Source: Oikopleura dioica
Taxonomy: Eukaryota > Animalia > Chordata
DNA: 64,000 bases
Assembly: GCA_907165135.1 (NCBI GenBank)
Contig: OU015566.1
Location: 10,912,001-10,976,000, forward strand
Reading direction: 5' to 3'
Each line of letters begins with the position of its first letter. The first letter of the stretch is position 1. Below, piece by piece: positions 22,928-36,476 of this stretch. The notes under the pieces are model-generated. The model was given only the letters and a program-made list of their open reading frames with translations, ran no database searches and was not told the DNA's origin. A program made the position numbers and the translations under genes.

Positions 22928-25900
22928 TCAAAAAGTAACAGAAAGGTTCTCTAAGAAGTCAATTCCGTGAAAGTCTTCGTTGATTTCTCTGATGCCAATG
23001 AGGTTTCCACTGTCTGTTGTTATTACAGATGGCTCACTAGAAAAGGATAAGTGGAGGTTCAATTCGCAAGGGGCTACCTATTCGTTTGGTTACGTTCCTG
23101 AATTTCACCGTTTTCGTAGTTCGTGAAAATAAGGGACCCTCCCGCTGGATTCAACGGAGCTCCAACACAAATTGGGCAAGGATTGAACTGGAAGCCTCCT
23201 TTTTTAGATAACTCGACGAGCTTATAGCGACTTGATTGATAAATTATTCAAGAGGGAGTTAACTCTCCTTACCTAAAGTTGCCAAGCCGATCGCGAAGGT
23301 CCCAAAATGCAATGATCTCAAACTGCCCTGGAAGTGAAGAATCTAGGAATTCAAAACCAATATGTACAGTTGTTTGTCCCACTGTAAGACTTTTGCAATC
23401 TCGGAAGAGGCCAAAGTTTGGGGATACCAGAGCACCAAGGCAGTTTTCAGGGTTGTCGAGAGTATGCGAATGTAGGATCCAAGGCTTTGATGAGTGCAAG
23501 TTCAGTGATGGAATCGGGTGAGTTGTTGAGTTGCAAGGGTGGCATTCTAGATTACGTAGGAACACTTGAGTCGAGATCTGCTTTTGAAGAGAATGCTCGC
23601 TGTCTTCTTGTGGTTTGATTTTATAGGTGATCATGAAGCCTGTACTTTTCTTGGGTTCAATATTTCTCCGCCCGTTTTTACTGGTACAAAACATTTGAAC
23701 CCAACCTTGATGAAGACCAATCTGAAGTAAACTTTACAAGAGCCAAGTTTGAACTTATTCCACGAGAAAACGGTTGAGCGAATCCACAGACATTTGCTCC
23801 AATTTTGTTTTGTCCTTGCGGCCTGAAACCTTTGTAAAGCTGAATTTTGTCTAAAAATAGGTTTATCTTTGCTTTATTTTTTCACAATACCCGCACAATT
23901 TTCTGCATCAGCGAGAGCAGTTACATTGAAATTGACCTCGATTTCGTGGGACAGAGGAGCCCAAATTCGCCAATTACAATTCAATCCGTTCTCATAATGT
24001 TTCAGCGGAAATCCAGGAGATATTATTATCCCAGACGAATCTGATAATGAGTAAGACTAGAAAAGGTTTCAAATCTACCTGTGAGAATCTTTTCATCATT
24101 GCAAACAGAATCAGGAAGAATCTTCTCAATCGTGTATCTTATGAAGATCTTTGCGAAACCGAATGTTTCGATGAGCATTCCTAAATTTCCCCCAATTTCA
24201 AAGGCACCACCTTGGTTTGTTTCATTGAACAACTGCGCTTCTTCATCTCCATCCGGAAGAATATTTATCGCAAGACGACTTCCTGCTGAGAGCTCAATTG
24301 TGTCCCACAAGAACTTCACTTTCTTTTCTTTCTTGAATTCGAATATCCAGGTGCAGTTGACAGCAGAAGAACTTGGATATTCCGAGTTTTTGATGACGCC
24401 GAACTGTTGTGATTCTTTGACCTCAACGAAGCACTCATCATTCTCATCGCGGACTGACTGTACATTGGGAGCAATTTTGGCCACATTTGTTGACTTTGTT
24501 ACTTCTCCGAAATTTCCGAGCCAATTTATGACTGAAGAAACCCTTGCATAGACGCCAGGGTATCCTTCGCCGCAGCCTTCTCCCCAGCTAACGATGCCGT
24601 AGAGAATCCATGGATGTGAGTCACTGAGTCTGCAGACGATCGGCCCACCAGAATCTCCCTTGCAAGCATCTTTCGTCCCATCCCCAGCACAGAGCATTGT
24701 CTTTGGATCGTAACGATTACCATATTTCTTCATACAAAATGAATCGTCATGAATATCGATCTTCACCTCTTGGAGCATTTCAGAACCTTCTTTTTCTTTC
24801 CCGTTTGTCTTTCCCCAGCCAGATATGTAGCAACCTCCTGTTACACTTGTCGATTTAGAGGTTTCAAATGAGATTTGAGGAAGCGCACCAGGTGGTGGAA
24901 GACAGATCGCTTGAATTCTAGTGTTGAAAGAAATCTCTTCTGTTAGTCGGATGATAGCAACGTCATTTTGAAAGCTTAGAATACTGAACTTCGGATGAGA
25001 GCGAAAAGATTCAACTGGAATTCTTCTCTCGTACTCGTCATTAGGGGAGCGAGAGTTGTGATCGCCGACGACGACGTAGTGTGGGATACCGATGTTGATA
25101 CAGTGGGCGGCGGTGGCGACGATCTTTTCGGACAGGATGACGCCACCACAGTAGTGAGGCGAGTGGTACGATCTGAATTCAACGGTACATTTTCGTGAAA
25201 GAACACATGAACTTCTTCTACCATCTGTGCAATGTTTTCGCAAGTGTTACTCTTCTACAATCACGACAGATAATACGAGATATTATTTATAAGCTCATGC
25301 TAGGAATCTTTTATAGTTTACCTCCTAAGAGAAGCCATCCAAGGCCAAGCACCAGGGTTCGCCTCGTCTCCGCCGATAATCTTTGCAAAATTAAATTTTT
25401 GCTGCGGATTTCCATAGCTGATTCCGCATGTTTTATTGCCGTAGTTTTCTTTCTCGAATTTCTCTGCCAGCTCGCTGGTCTCGTAGCATGAATTTTCTAT
25501 AGGAATTCCATGTTGTTCGTTGAAGCTATTCCTCACTTGACATTCTATAAGTGTCGACGTTGTCAACGGGTTCGAGATACCACGAGATGAATGAAAGATC
25601 GGACCAAGCAAGGCCTTGAGAAAGAACTCCCTGTATTGATTCTTTTTATCTTCGAAAATTTGCCGACTGAAAACGATGTCATCTCTTCGAGGATAAACTT
25701 TCTTTTGAAAACCAGCGAAAGCAGCGAAACCAGGACTTTCGTTGATTGAATCGGCGGAGAACTTCATTACAACTTCATCAAACTCGAAGAATACTGTCTT
25801 TCCGCTTAGCTCCTGTCCGCAAAAGATGGCGAGTAGATTTTCTTTTCGCTCAGAATATGAGTAGAAGTGAAGACTATCTTTACAAATTTTATCTCGTGTC

Positions 25901-27006
25901 CGTTCTTCAAGGTCCATTTGTAAGAAATGAATGACGATCCATCTTCGCGAAAAAACCAGCTCGTCGAGTGGAAAGAGAAAGTTCCATGTACATCGGGTAT
26001 TTGGAAAGTACACTTTTGGGAAGTTAATGGAATTTATAAAGGACGCTTCTGTTATTGTTTTCTTGCTTCCACAATTTGACAGTTCTTTTGTTTGTTTATC
26101 TCTCTTGATTTCGATCGTGAATGAGGGGAGCATGTCGAGCTTTTTTGTCAAAAACTCAACTCTGAAGGCATCGCCAGTCAGGAGAAAACTTGTTGAAGCT
26201 CCGCTGCAAACTTCTAAAAGTGGATAAAAACCATCGATTCCATCATAAATTGTGATCTTCGCGTCGCTGCAATCTTCTGATGCTGGAATGTTGAGATGCT
26301 TCATCGTTACTTCAACAGTTGTTTGTGTTTCAGAAATCACGTTCCAAACGCAGTGGAATTTCGCGTTTTCAAGGGCGATGAATTCGATGGAAACAGAGTT
26401 TTCGCCGTCCAGATTCGTGTAAGTCGGCATTCTGCAAGGATCTTCATTGTCGAAATTTGTTGCGTAGAGGCCAATCTCGGTGCTGAGTTGGTGCTCCTCG
26501 TCGATGTCGTAGTCGCTTAGTTGAGTCGGGATTCGTGGTAGAAAATTTAAAGATCCCAATTTTGAGAATCCAATGAAAACTAAATATATTTGAAAATCAA
26601 GGGAAAAGTATTGCTTCTTCAAACCTATATCTGATCCCTGCAAGTCTTGCATAAAAAGCGGGACGTCATTTTCCTCAAATGCTAAAGAATCCCCAATTCC
26701 AGCATAAACAAGATGGTCGATGGAGTCTTCCGAGAATCGAAGAATTTCGTTGGGAGAGTAATCTGTTTGATGGAGCGTTGCGAACGATTGAAGATGAGTT
26801 GAGTTCGTTGAATTTATCTCTGTTATTCCCACACCGGCGATTATGGCAGAATTTTGTACCGATATCTCTCTTACAGAGTTGATCTTCTCCCAGCAGCTCT
26901 CAACATAAATCAGAAATCGGTATCTTGTCAACACACCATAGCAGTTATCAACTTTTAAAATATAGCCGGCAAACAGCCTGAGAAAAAGAAAGAGTATTAA
27001 AATCAT
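22928..27006 (-). CDS. Secreted multi-CUB trypsin-like serine protease (ovochymase/oviductin-like architecture)
   Basis: Signal peptide MILILFLFLRLFAG; two CUB domains; activation site K|IIGG; triad motifs TAAHC, NDVAI and GDSGG; further CUB-like exons 3' of the protease domain. Confidence 0.88.
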
Positions 27007-27147
27007 ATTTCTAAGAAATCGAATTCCCAGAAAAGAAGCTGTTCTTTTATAAGTGCAAGATAATTTCAAGCTTTTTAAACCGGAATAAATCGTGGAGATT
27101 GATTTTATTGATAAGGCAGATAAACTGTTGATAAGCTAAAATCTCAT

Positions 27148-28065
27148 TTACACGAGAGCAAGAAAAACTGATATTGGATATAAAAATGATTGACTGCTAG
27201 AAGTTACAGTAATATTGAAAGCTTGTTCAGCGAATTGATCAAGCTCTTTCATCCACTCTGATCTTGATCTTCCGTTCAATGAATATTCTAGGATAATTTC
27301 AAAGTGCGTTTCAGTTATAGAAACTCTTACCTTGGAAATTGCAATAGGAAGTATTGCAGCATGTTACCCTACTAAACGAGCGAGGTCCTAAATTTTGGTG
27401 GAAGACTTCCGGAAGGCCAAACTGCTCCAAGTTAGTTTGATCTTTCGACATCTCGCAGAGAGTGGGGAATTTATCCTTCTTCACGTGATCAACTTCTACT
27501 GAATGGCCCATTCTAACTTAATTTGCTTGTGATTACATTTTTGGGAAGAGGAAATACTTTCTTCCTCGATGCTTTTTCTTGTTAAATTCGTCGCACAACC
27601 AGCAAGTTCGATCACTTTTGGTGCACATTGAGAGCTGTACTGACTACAGACGCCATCTTGAAAGGACTTATTGAAGTATTCTATGTGGAAGCAACTTCCT
27701 CCTAGAACTTTGCACAAAACTTCATCTGGGTAATCTGGGTCTACAATCTGAGGTAGGGGTTCTCCTCCATGATTTCGAAGCTTTTTCTGTATTGAAACCC
27801 TGGCTTGAAGGGATCTGTACTTGATTCGATCTTTTCGAATTCGGGAAAACTGCAGATCTTATCGGCTTTTTCATCAATAAAAACTTTATTTTCTTTCCTA
27901 GAATTTGAAATTGGGTCGATCAAGATATTTGAAGATGATTTCCTAATTTAACACCCTTTCTAAATTCGTCGATAAGTTATTCTTGCATCTGCAAACTCTG
28001 TATTCTGCATCTTCAAAGTCTCTTGCCGCGGATAGAAGGAAAGATGATAGAAAAATTAAATCCAT
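27148..28065 (-). CDS. Putative GPI-anchored Ly6/uPAR (three-finger)-like Cys-rich protein
   Basis: Signal peptide MDLIFLSSFLLSAA, Cys-rich exons ending in CCNTSYCN, and a hydrophobic C-terminus SSSQSFLYPISVFLALV*. Confidence 0.65.
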
Positions 28066-28482
28066 GTTTGAGGAAATGAAAAGTGCCCAAGCTTGGGAAT
28101 AAAATGCAAATGCTTATTGAATTCAGAATAATGAATGAGAAAGAATCGACAGCACCTGTCAATCAAGATATTTTATTAAGCAAGGGTCAAGGAACTTAAC
28201 TTTATGAAGTTATTGCTTATTCATAAGTTCATTTTGTTCCATCCTTATTTTGCTGATCCAGGCATCAAACTCTGTTGTTTGAACTCCTGAAGGCGGAAAA
28301 AAGCATGCGCTTTGAGATTCTTCCAAGTCTCGTTGAACGTATTTGCATAACTTTTGGAGGTGATTTATAGCTCATGAAACAACCACATTCCCGGCTTTCA
28401 AATCCAATATTCAGCAATTATTTGACTTTCGTGTACACGTGGTAGAAGTAGAGGTAGAATTCCACAGACCAGAGAATCGAAA

Positions 28483-29406
28483 ATGAGCCATCTCTACGCG
28501 GCCACAAGCTCAATCACTAAGTGGGGCAACACAGGCAAATGCCATCAGTGCGATCGGTAAAATTCAGTCAATATATAAAACATAAGTCAAAGGTGTATAT
28601 TATTACTTAGAAACAGTACCCTAACAATGAACACAGGGTGACTGAGCAGATGTACTTGGTCCGCTACCAGGTCAACAAGAACTGGATCACCAACACTATT
28701 TGCTACAATTGCGCCCGCTCAGTCTGCACTACGAACGATTTCGCCAGTGGGAAGATATTTCTCACGGATGCCAAGTTCAAGTGTCCGGCTTCCAGTTGCG
28801 ACAAGACTGCCTTGTCTTTCTGGGACTTCATTTACGCAACTTGCTGCGACACCGCCTTTAAGGCAAAATACAGTGTCAACTTATCCGAAATCAACTGCAA
28901 AGAAAAGGTCGACTATGCCAACTTCGCCAAGGTGCTTCAGACTCTTGAAGTCGTGGAGAAGGAAGAGCTTGCTACTGATGAGGCTGTTGATGTTGCCGAC
29001 AAGCAGCTAAAATCGGCCGCTTTGAGGCAGAGAATAGTGCACGAACAACGGGAAAAGATCAAGGCACGCGTTGCTGAGACTTTTTTTGACGCTGGACAAA
29101 CGCTCGGACTCGGAAAACTAAAAATGCAATCGAATGGAAATGGTAAATTTAACCGCCCTATATAAAAAAGTATAAAAAACAAAAATGCCGTGGTAATTAA
29201 ATCGAATTTTAGTGGTGAAGCAAAAGTCAGATACGCGATTTACTTGCAACATCTGCAAGAGTGATTACAACAAAGGGAAGAAGTGGGAGAGTGCTCCACG
29301 CTGCGGACATCGAGCATGCATGGACTGCCTGAAGAAAATCGAGAATAAGCTCTGCCCTGAATGCAAGAAACCATTTACTCATGACGAGATCATCAAACTG
29401 TACTAG
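28483..29406 (+). CDS. Cys-rich domain + coiled coil + C-terminal RING finger protein
   Basis: RING CNIC...CGHRACMDC...CPEC in the last exon, joined by a GT-AG intron at ~29152-29209. First-exon junction unresolved. Confidence 0.75.
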
Positions 29407-29605
29407 AAGCTGACTGTACTGTCACACAATCTTCTTTTTATTCTCCTTGATTTACATGATTTCCATTCCTGACATGGTTGAATAAAATTTATTTCTAAAA
29501 ATTCTAGCCTACATTTTTCGACATTGCCACGACCAAATTGTTCGTGTTTTTTATTGAAATAAAGCGATAACTTTTTAGATTTCTTTGTCGAAATCATATA
29601 ACGAG

Positions 29606-31413
29606 ATGGGTGTCTCATTAAAAGATGATCGATACGTAAATATCGACGAATATTCATTCATGCATATGCGTAGTGTTAGTGAAGCCCGCGATCAGAGCAC
29701 TGGCGAGGATGTCATAATCAAGGGCTTCCTTATCTTATCCCCGAAGCAAGCTACTGAGGCAAGACAAGAGGCGGAAGTGCTGAAAAAACTCGGTGAGTGC
29801 TTTCCCTGATCATTTTTAAATCATTATAAGATCATGCCAATATCGTCAAATTTATCGATTTCCTGGATGAGGAGCAGCCAGAATGGGCTACGAATACGTT
29901 TTCCTTTATTGTTATGGAGAACTGCTCTGGCGGAAGCTTAGTCGACTGGGTTGAGCGTCGTAAAGAAGCCAACAAGCCAACGTCGCCTGACGAAGCAGCT
30001 CTTATTGGAGCCCAGATGGTTTCGGCACTGAGCTTCTGCCATGAAAAAAAGCAGATACACCTGGACCTTAAACCGGCAAATGTATTCATACTCGCGGATG
30101 ACATCACGGTAAGAGGCTAAGACATCAAATTGAATAGCAAGTATTAGATAAAAATCGGAGACTTTGGTAGCGCAGCAACCGTAAACTCAGTAGCGCTCAC
30201 TCACACCGCTGAAAGCAGTGATCCAGTCGCCTTTACAAGGATCTACGCGATCCCAGAAGTGTTCAGCAACGACGACTACTCAAAATCGCCAAGGATGGAT
30301 GTCTGGGGTTTTGGGCTCATACTACAAGAAGTTATAACCCTCGAACATGCTTTTGGTCGCGACAAGAAAGGCCACAAAATAAGCAACCTTGTTGTTATCA
30401 GTTCGGTATTAATTTTTAGGACAGGTTCTCAATTAATTCTTAAGTAAATAACATAATGAACGGAGTCCGTTCTTCAATTAGCGATGTTCTTCGCAATCAT
30501 GCAGAGTTCGAGGAGTTTGAGCCAGTGCTTGATAAATGCCTTTCTTCAAAGAAAATTGATCGTCCGAAGAACATGATTCTGTTGCGGGAAGAACCAGTTT
30601 TCGCGAAATTCCTGACAAAAATTGAGGATGGAGAGAAACCGACAGATATCATGGTGCGAAGTGCACCGGAGACCGTTCAATTAGAAGTCAAGCGGCTCAG
30701 GCTCCAAAATGCTGATAAAGATCAGAAAATTCACGAGTTGGAAGAAAGAGTGAAGAGTCTTCAGACGCAACTGGAACGACGACAGCAAAATATAGAGTCA
30801 AAATATGAATCTGGAGACGAATCTCAGCCCGAGGAAAATTCATCTGACGAAGAGGAGACACCATCTCCTCATCTCCAAAACGAGAGAGACTTGATAAATC
30901 AGTTGGGAAGTATCGATGGCGCTGGCCATTTCTTTCAAAATGACAAGGCAAAAGAATCCGGTGGAGTCCGATCTGGGATGAAAGAAGACGAACTTTGCAA
31001 TATCATAAAATTGCTTGACGCGGGAGTCAGAGAAATCAATGTTAAGGTAAGCACGCTTATGCCCTGCGAATCTTCTTCATTCATTTAGTTTACCTGCGAG
31101 GATGAATGGAAAATTGCATATTCCGGATGGCAGCTACAGTTTAACACAGTTATAAACACTGGGGATCTCGCAGAAGATGGTTGGTATCTTTTCTGGGTCG
31201 GAAAGAAAGGTACACTATCGCCATAATGTTCCCACTTACAATTTGTTCTTAGACAAGCCTATGCCATTCAAAGTGATTGCGCAAGAAATCTGCTACGAAA
31301 CTGGGAAAGAAGAAAATCACAAAGTAATTAAAAGTAACGGGAAGCTGCCTATTAGATACAAGAGTACAACCGACTTCTATTTTGTTCGATTCAATATCTC
31401 GTTTTTGGAATAA
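29606..31413 (+). CDS. NEK-like non-RD Ser/Thr kinase + coiled coil + unnamed C-terminal domain
   Basis: VIIK, HANIVKF, MENCSGGSL, HLDLKPANVFI, KIGDFG, YAIPE and DVWGFGLILQEV across GT-AG introns. Tail domain GHFFQND...VRFNISFLE*. Confidence 0.85.
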
Positions 31414-31731
31414 AAAATAGAATCTCTGCACTTCTGGGCAAAACATGCTCACTTGTTCAACAAAATTTCTTCTGCTGCTGAGCAAGGGGTATAATTTTGA
31501 ACGAGAGGATATTTATTTGACAATGTTGAATGAAGAATAGAATCCAGTCCAACTCGGATAGGCAAAACGCAGAAATAAAAGTTCTTGGAGAAACAAAGAT
31601 ACAGTAGATTTTTCTCCTGACATGTGAAAATAATAATTATTATAAAGATAATCTATAATTGGAAATAACAAATGAAGTATGAGTAATTGTTCACATTGCA
31701 CGATGTTTTTTCTTCGTAAAAACGACTTTCT

Positions 31732-32582
31732 TTATTGGTTTTTCTTCGAATGGGCTGCACCAAGTTTGTAAGCGATGTTGTCTCCTGGGCCGATATTTGC
31801 TGTCATAAAAGCGAAGGCTACGATTCCGAAGACAACGAGGAGAATGAATAAACCAATAATAGCTTGAAGGTAAGTCAGCTTTTGCAAGAAAAGACTTTCT
31901 TACCGAGCATGATGGAGTAGTTCTCATTTCGCGGTTCCCAGGAAATAAGAGGCTCTTTATCAGCCTGGAGCATTTGCCTGTCCGCAGCAGAGCTTCCATC
32001 GGTTTTTCCGCTAACAACGAAGAAGACGTAGTTCTCCCCATATTTCGCCTCTAATGATTCGCTGATTTTCTTAAGTATCGATAAATCAAGACATTCATCA
32101 ATACAAATAAAACCTTCACAAATGCTGAATAATCCTCAGCCGTAGTCTGCAAAATCGTCAATGATTGCTCAGCAAGTGGCATTCCGGCAATATCATCAGG
32201 ATAAGCAAGCTAGTAAATGATCATTATTTGAATAACACTTTATTTTGTACCTCGGTTGAAGGAGCGATAAATTTGCCACTGAGAGCTAGGCTTGATTCCT
32301 TGATTTCAGGAACAACGAGGGCAACAGCGGCGGAAGCTTTTTCGAAGGGATTGAATTTCTTGAAGACTAAACGAATAAAGGAATTTCTAAATTATCAAAA
32401 GACCTTATACCGTTCATGTCAAAGGCATACTGCGGCTCAAGCCCAACAGAAATTCGCATCGCCTCCAAAGCAGCATCTGCTGGTGCATTTTCAATATTGA
32501 AATCAACCGATTCCGGTTTGTGTTGAACAAAAACTTGTGCTCCAAAAGCACATGAAGCTAAGGAAAGGACGACCCTCCACAT
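31732..32582 (-). CDS. ATP6AP2: V-ATPase accessory protein / (pro)renin receptor
   Basis: Signal peptide then QVFVQHKPESVDF. The C-terminal ENYSIMLAIIGLFILLVVFGIVAFAFMTANIGPGDNIAYKL matches the family TM + DPGYDSIIY-type tail. Confidence 0.8.
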
Positions 32583-33053
32583 TCTTAATTTTAGAATTCG
32601 AAGAAGTAAATGTCATAGCATGATAAGTTTTAAACATTCAGTTTGGAACGGAAACAAGCGTTGGTGGCTCAATATTGAAATAGTAGAATGATGATCACTG
32701 TACTGGTATGATTAAAGATGTTATTGTGCAGACAAATGTCAATTGTTATTAATGTGTTCTTGGATATATCAGAATTGCTTACGCCAAATTAGAAAATTTT
32801 TCGCTTATCACAATAAAAGATGCAAAAAACAAACTCACACGACATTCGTTCAGGTTAAAATATGGTCTGTTTTTCTTTTTTTCTATATATGAGGCAAATC
32901 GACAAAGTGATACATATTTTTCGTTGTTTTACGATACACTGTACATAGGATGTCAGAGAGGGAGGAGAGAAGATATAGGTTACAGGAATTATGTGTGGCA
33001 AGAGAAAATTACTGTAAGAAAATTGAATTTAAAAATCAGCTAGTTTTTGAAGT

Positions 33054-33983
33054 TCACGAAGGGCCGAGGGCAATAGGCTCCGCGGGCTTGTTAGTTTCCG
33101 CCTCGGGCGCGGGTGGTTGCGTTGTAATTGGCGTGTCAGAGCTCTGCTGATAGCTTGTGTAGCCTGCACCGGCTTCTTCGTCGTCCTCGGGGATCAGGTC
33201 GCCGAATTCTTCGTCATCTACGTCTTTTGGCTTGCACCGACCTTAATTTATCATCATTTCAAGCGCGTTTCACAGCCTCAATTACCGAAGCAACAACCGC
33301 AGCAGAAGAAACAACAGAAGCAGCAACCACAACAGCAGCCAGTGAGGACAAAAGTAAGCAACATTCCAATTTTCGCAGCTTTACAACGGCTCTATCTACA
33401 CTTCTTTCAAGTGTAGATTTCCCGGAAATCGCAACGCGAAAGATTAAATCTTTGCAACAGTAAAAATGTAGCCGTTCCTGGAGTTTGGAATCTCATGACC
33501 ATCGCAACATTCTCTGCGCCAATTTGTTCCGCAAGTTCGAGTCCCATTGACCCGTACTTGTCGTAAATATCCCGGAGTTGAACATCTGATAAAATTTTAT
33601 GCGCCTAAAAGTACTTTATCGAACTTATCATCAAATTATATTCTTTTATCTAAAATTGTCGGTAAACCGTCAGATTAAGTTTCTTAATTGTCTGATAACT
33701 TAATTACGTACTCTGTTGACTTCTTTAAACTGCTCAGCTGCTTCTGGATTTCCTGGGTTCTTGTCTGGATGAAGCCTCAACGCTTTCTTCCTGTAGGCCT
33801 TCTTTATCTGATCCTGATCCGACTTCTTGTCAATATCAAGAATCCGGTAAAGACTCTCCCCGACGATTGAGTTCTTTCGCTCCATCTGAAAACAGTCAAA
33901 TTTCCTAAATGCTTCAAACAAGAGCATTCAGAGCTCTAGAAAAGAATAGAAAATACCTTACTAGGTCGCTTTTCGTCGCTCAT
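33054..33983 (-). CDS. DNAJC5: Cysteine string protein (J-domain)
   Basis: GESLYRIL...[29 protein letters not shown], followed by the cysteine string [23 protein letters not shown] and the C-terminus PIALGPS*. Confidence 0.95.
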
Positions 33984-34235
33984 ACCGATATTCTCTTGTC
34001 TGAACTGGAAATTTTCATGATTAGAATGGGATGACTCAAATGTAATTGCTTTGATTTTCGCCCTCTGGCGCACTCTCAGGAGTCTTTTTTGAACGTTCAC
34101 AAATTCATCCATCACAATGAAAAAAGAGAAATATACAGGCGAATGGGAAAGGAAAGGGCAGGGCAGTAAGCACAAGCTCGTAATTTCGTGCTTGCGCAAA
34201 TAGAGATTATTTGAATAGAATAAGAAGAGATACAA

Positions 34236-36099
34236 TCATAACTCGGTAATTCCAACTTTCGAACTTCCTTCTTCTTTCGTTTTCTCCATTAGTTCTTTCT
34301 CTGAAAATCGCGGTTTAAAAATTTAAAACAATTAAGAAGGCAAAATAGCTGATTCAAACACTCGAAAATAATTCAAACTCTCATCAAATAATGAATGCGA
34401 AATGTAAATTTGCCATAGCGAAATGGGTAAATCTCGGATTAGTTGCCTCCAATACCTCTCAAGATTGCTCTAAGATGTACCTAGTTCTGAGTGAAATTCT
34501 CCATCTGCGCCTAACTGAATTCCCAATTGCTTCATCGCTTCTTCCATAGTCGTCATATCGACGTTCTCTTCTAAAAAGAAAGAGTAAATATAATTAAGTT
34601 GGTATCATTTTTACCCATATCTCCATCTTCCATGACCATAAACGCAGCCTTTTCGAGCATATCGAGGTCGAGTCCAAGAGAGCCTTTTGTGACTTTGATA
34701 TGCTTTGCGTTCTTCGCTAGCTGTTCCAGGTTTTCTGAGCTAGCTCGGGTTTGCATCCAAGTGATATAATCATCGATGTATAACTAAAATTCTTCTTGAA
34801 AATCTTATCGAAAATGAAAAACATGTTCCAACTTATAAAATGACCCGTTAGTACCTGATTGAATAAATAAAACGGATCCCTTCTATTGAACAAAGTCCTC
34901 AGTTCCAATAACACTTTCGTAACGCACTCTCTCCCGTGCTTCAAAATCCTTGCCGCATCTTTCTGGCTTTTTTCAGCGAGAGAAAATGATCGGTGGAATG
35001 GAAAGATAAGTGCTCGTCTGAAGCAAGATTCCAGCGCTTTTGGCGGATATTCCGAAGTATCAAGCCACGAAAGCATCGGCGAGATCTTTGCGATCATCGT
35101 CGCTGCTTCTGGTTCCAAATCGTCGCCAAACCAACGTTTGACATAACAGTATGAGAAGAGGAGTTCGAGAAGACCGGAATAGACTTGGATTGTTGCTTTG
35201 AAATCCAACGCGGGAAGACTTTTTGATTTCATCGAGACAAGAACTGCTTTTTCGTCGGGTGACAACAACGATGACTCTTTGTTCTCCCAAAAACCTGAAT
35301 TTAGGTATTTTGATTGCGAAAATCACCCAAAACCAGTACAGTAGTTTTAGTACCTTTATAATTTTGAGCTGCTTCCAGCGCGTAATCAGGTTCGAACAAG
35401 TCTGATAAATAATGGTCTTCATCAAACTTCTCTTGCTCAAATAGAACCCTGATCTCCGTCCTCTGCGCATTCTTCACCGTCGAAACTTCCAAATAATCAA
35501 ACAGTTCACTACTCTCTTCTCTAAGCCGCTGAAAAATATCTGATCTCAAATTCGCGAAGCCATAAGTTGACCCTTCTGTAATCGGTGCTTCCGAAGTAAT
35601 TTCTTGGGCCATCTCCCAGTCCTCTATCTCCTCTTCTTCGTAGTCTTCGCAATCATCGTCGATGACTTCGATTCCGTTCGAAACTGTTGGTTGTTTCTTC
35701 GTATCAAGGAGTTTTTGGAGCATGTCTAGTTTGATTTGAGGATAGTAATTCTCAAGAAAAACTGAAATAACTACAGTCCTTAATCATAAAAAAACGATCT
35801 AATACGATAGAAAATTTCTTTCAAACCCTTCCTAAATCTGTGAAAACCTCTCCAGGAATCAACTTCTTGACATTGATAAAAAACTTCCCCTCGTCCACAT
35901 CATAGGTGCATTTGACCTCGTCTTCATTCTCTTCCAATCTTCCAGAAAGCCTCAATCTCAAATAATACGGCTTGGCGTTGAAGATAATCGTATTCTCTGC
36001 AATACAAATATCTGCCGCCGCAGCTTTACTGTACTTTGCCGAGATCTCCAATAAAATCTGATCTTCTGTTTGATCGATTCGGAAGACAGGAGTCAACAT
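34236..36099 (-). CDS. SHQ1: H/ACA snoRNP assembly factor SHQ1
   Basis: MLTPVFRIDQ...AKPYYLRLRLSGRL, YGFANL, LSPDEK...L and FRRALIFPFHRSF. Confidence 0.92.
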
Positions 36100-36476
36100 T
36101 CTAAACGTTCAAAAGAGCTACAGAACATTTTTTTCTCTGGTTATTGAAAAAAAGGAAGATGGATCATTTCGGGCGCGAGCTTAACAGCTTTTGTTAGATA
36201 CAAATGCATACAGGATGGAAGAGGCGGCAGTGCAGGCACCAATAGCAGTAAAAAGAGAGATCAATATAGAAAAAGACGGGATCGATTCCCCTGGGAGCGT
36301 TCTGTGCGTCCTTTTGGACACACATCGATTAACGTGTTAGAAGGAACAAATGGAGATGTCTCAGAATAATATAAAATCCATTGCGGTGGTTTTTATATTA
36401 TGAAAAAATATATCTTACTCTTGAAAAATAGTAAATATAGTGAGAGAAAAAAATATCATGTGAGGTAAAATGGAAT

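Noticed and set aside
28200-28560. Minus-strand frame with three in-frame TGA codons (selenoprotein?)
   Set aside because: No SECIS recognised, no selenoprotein motif, and it overlaps the start of the plus-strand RING gene.
31450-31620. Minus-strand frame resembling a TIR fragment (IFVSPRTFISAFCLSELDWIL)
   Set aside because: Only ~50 aa, with no start or upstream TIR motifs, lying between two convergent stop codons in probable 3' UTR; likely chance.
33117-33463. Plus-strand poly-Gln and Thr/Ala-rich ORFs
   Set aside because: Antisense shadows of the DNAJC5 cysteine-string codons.
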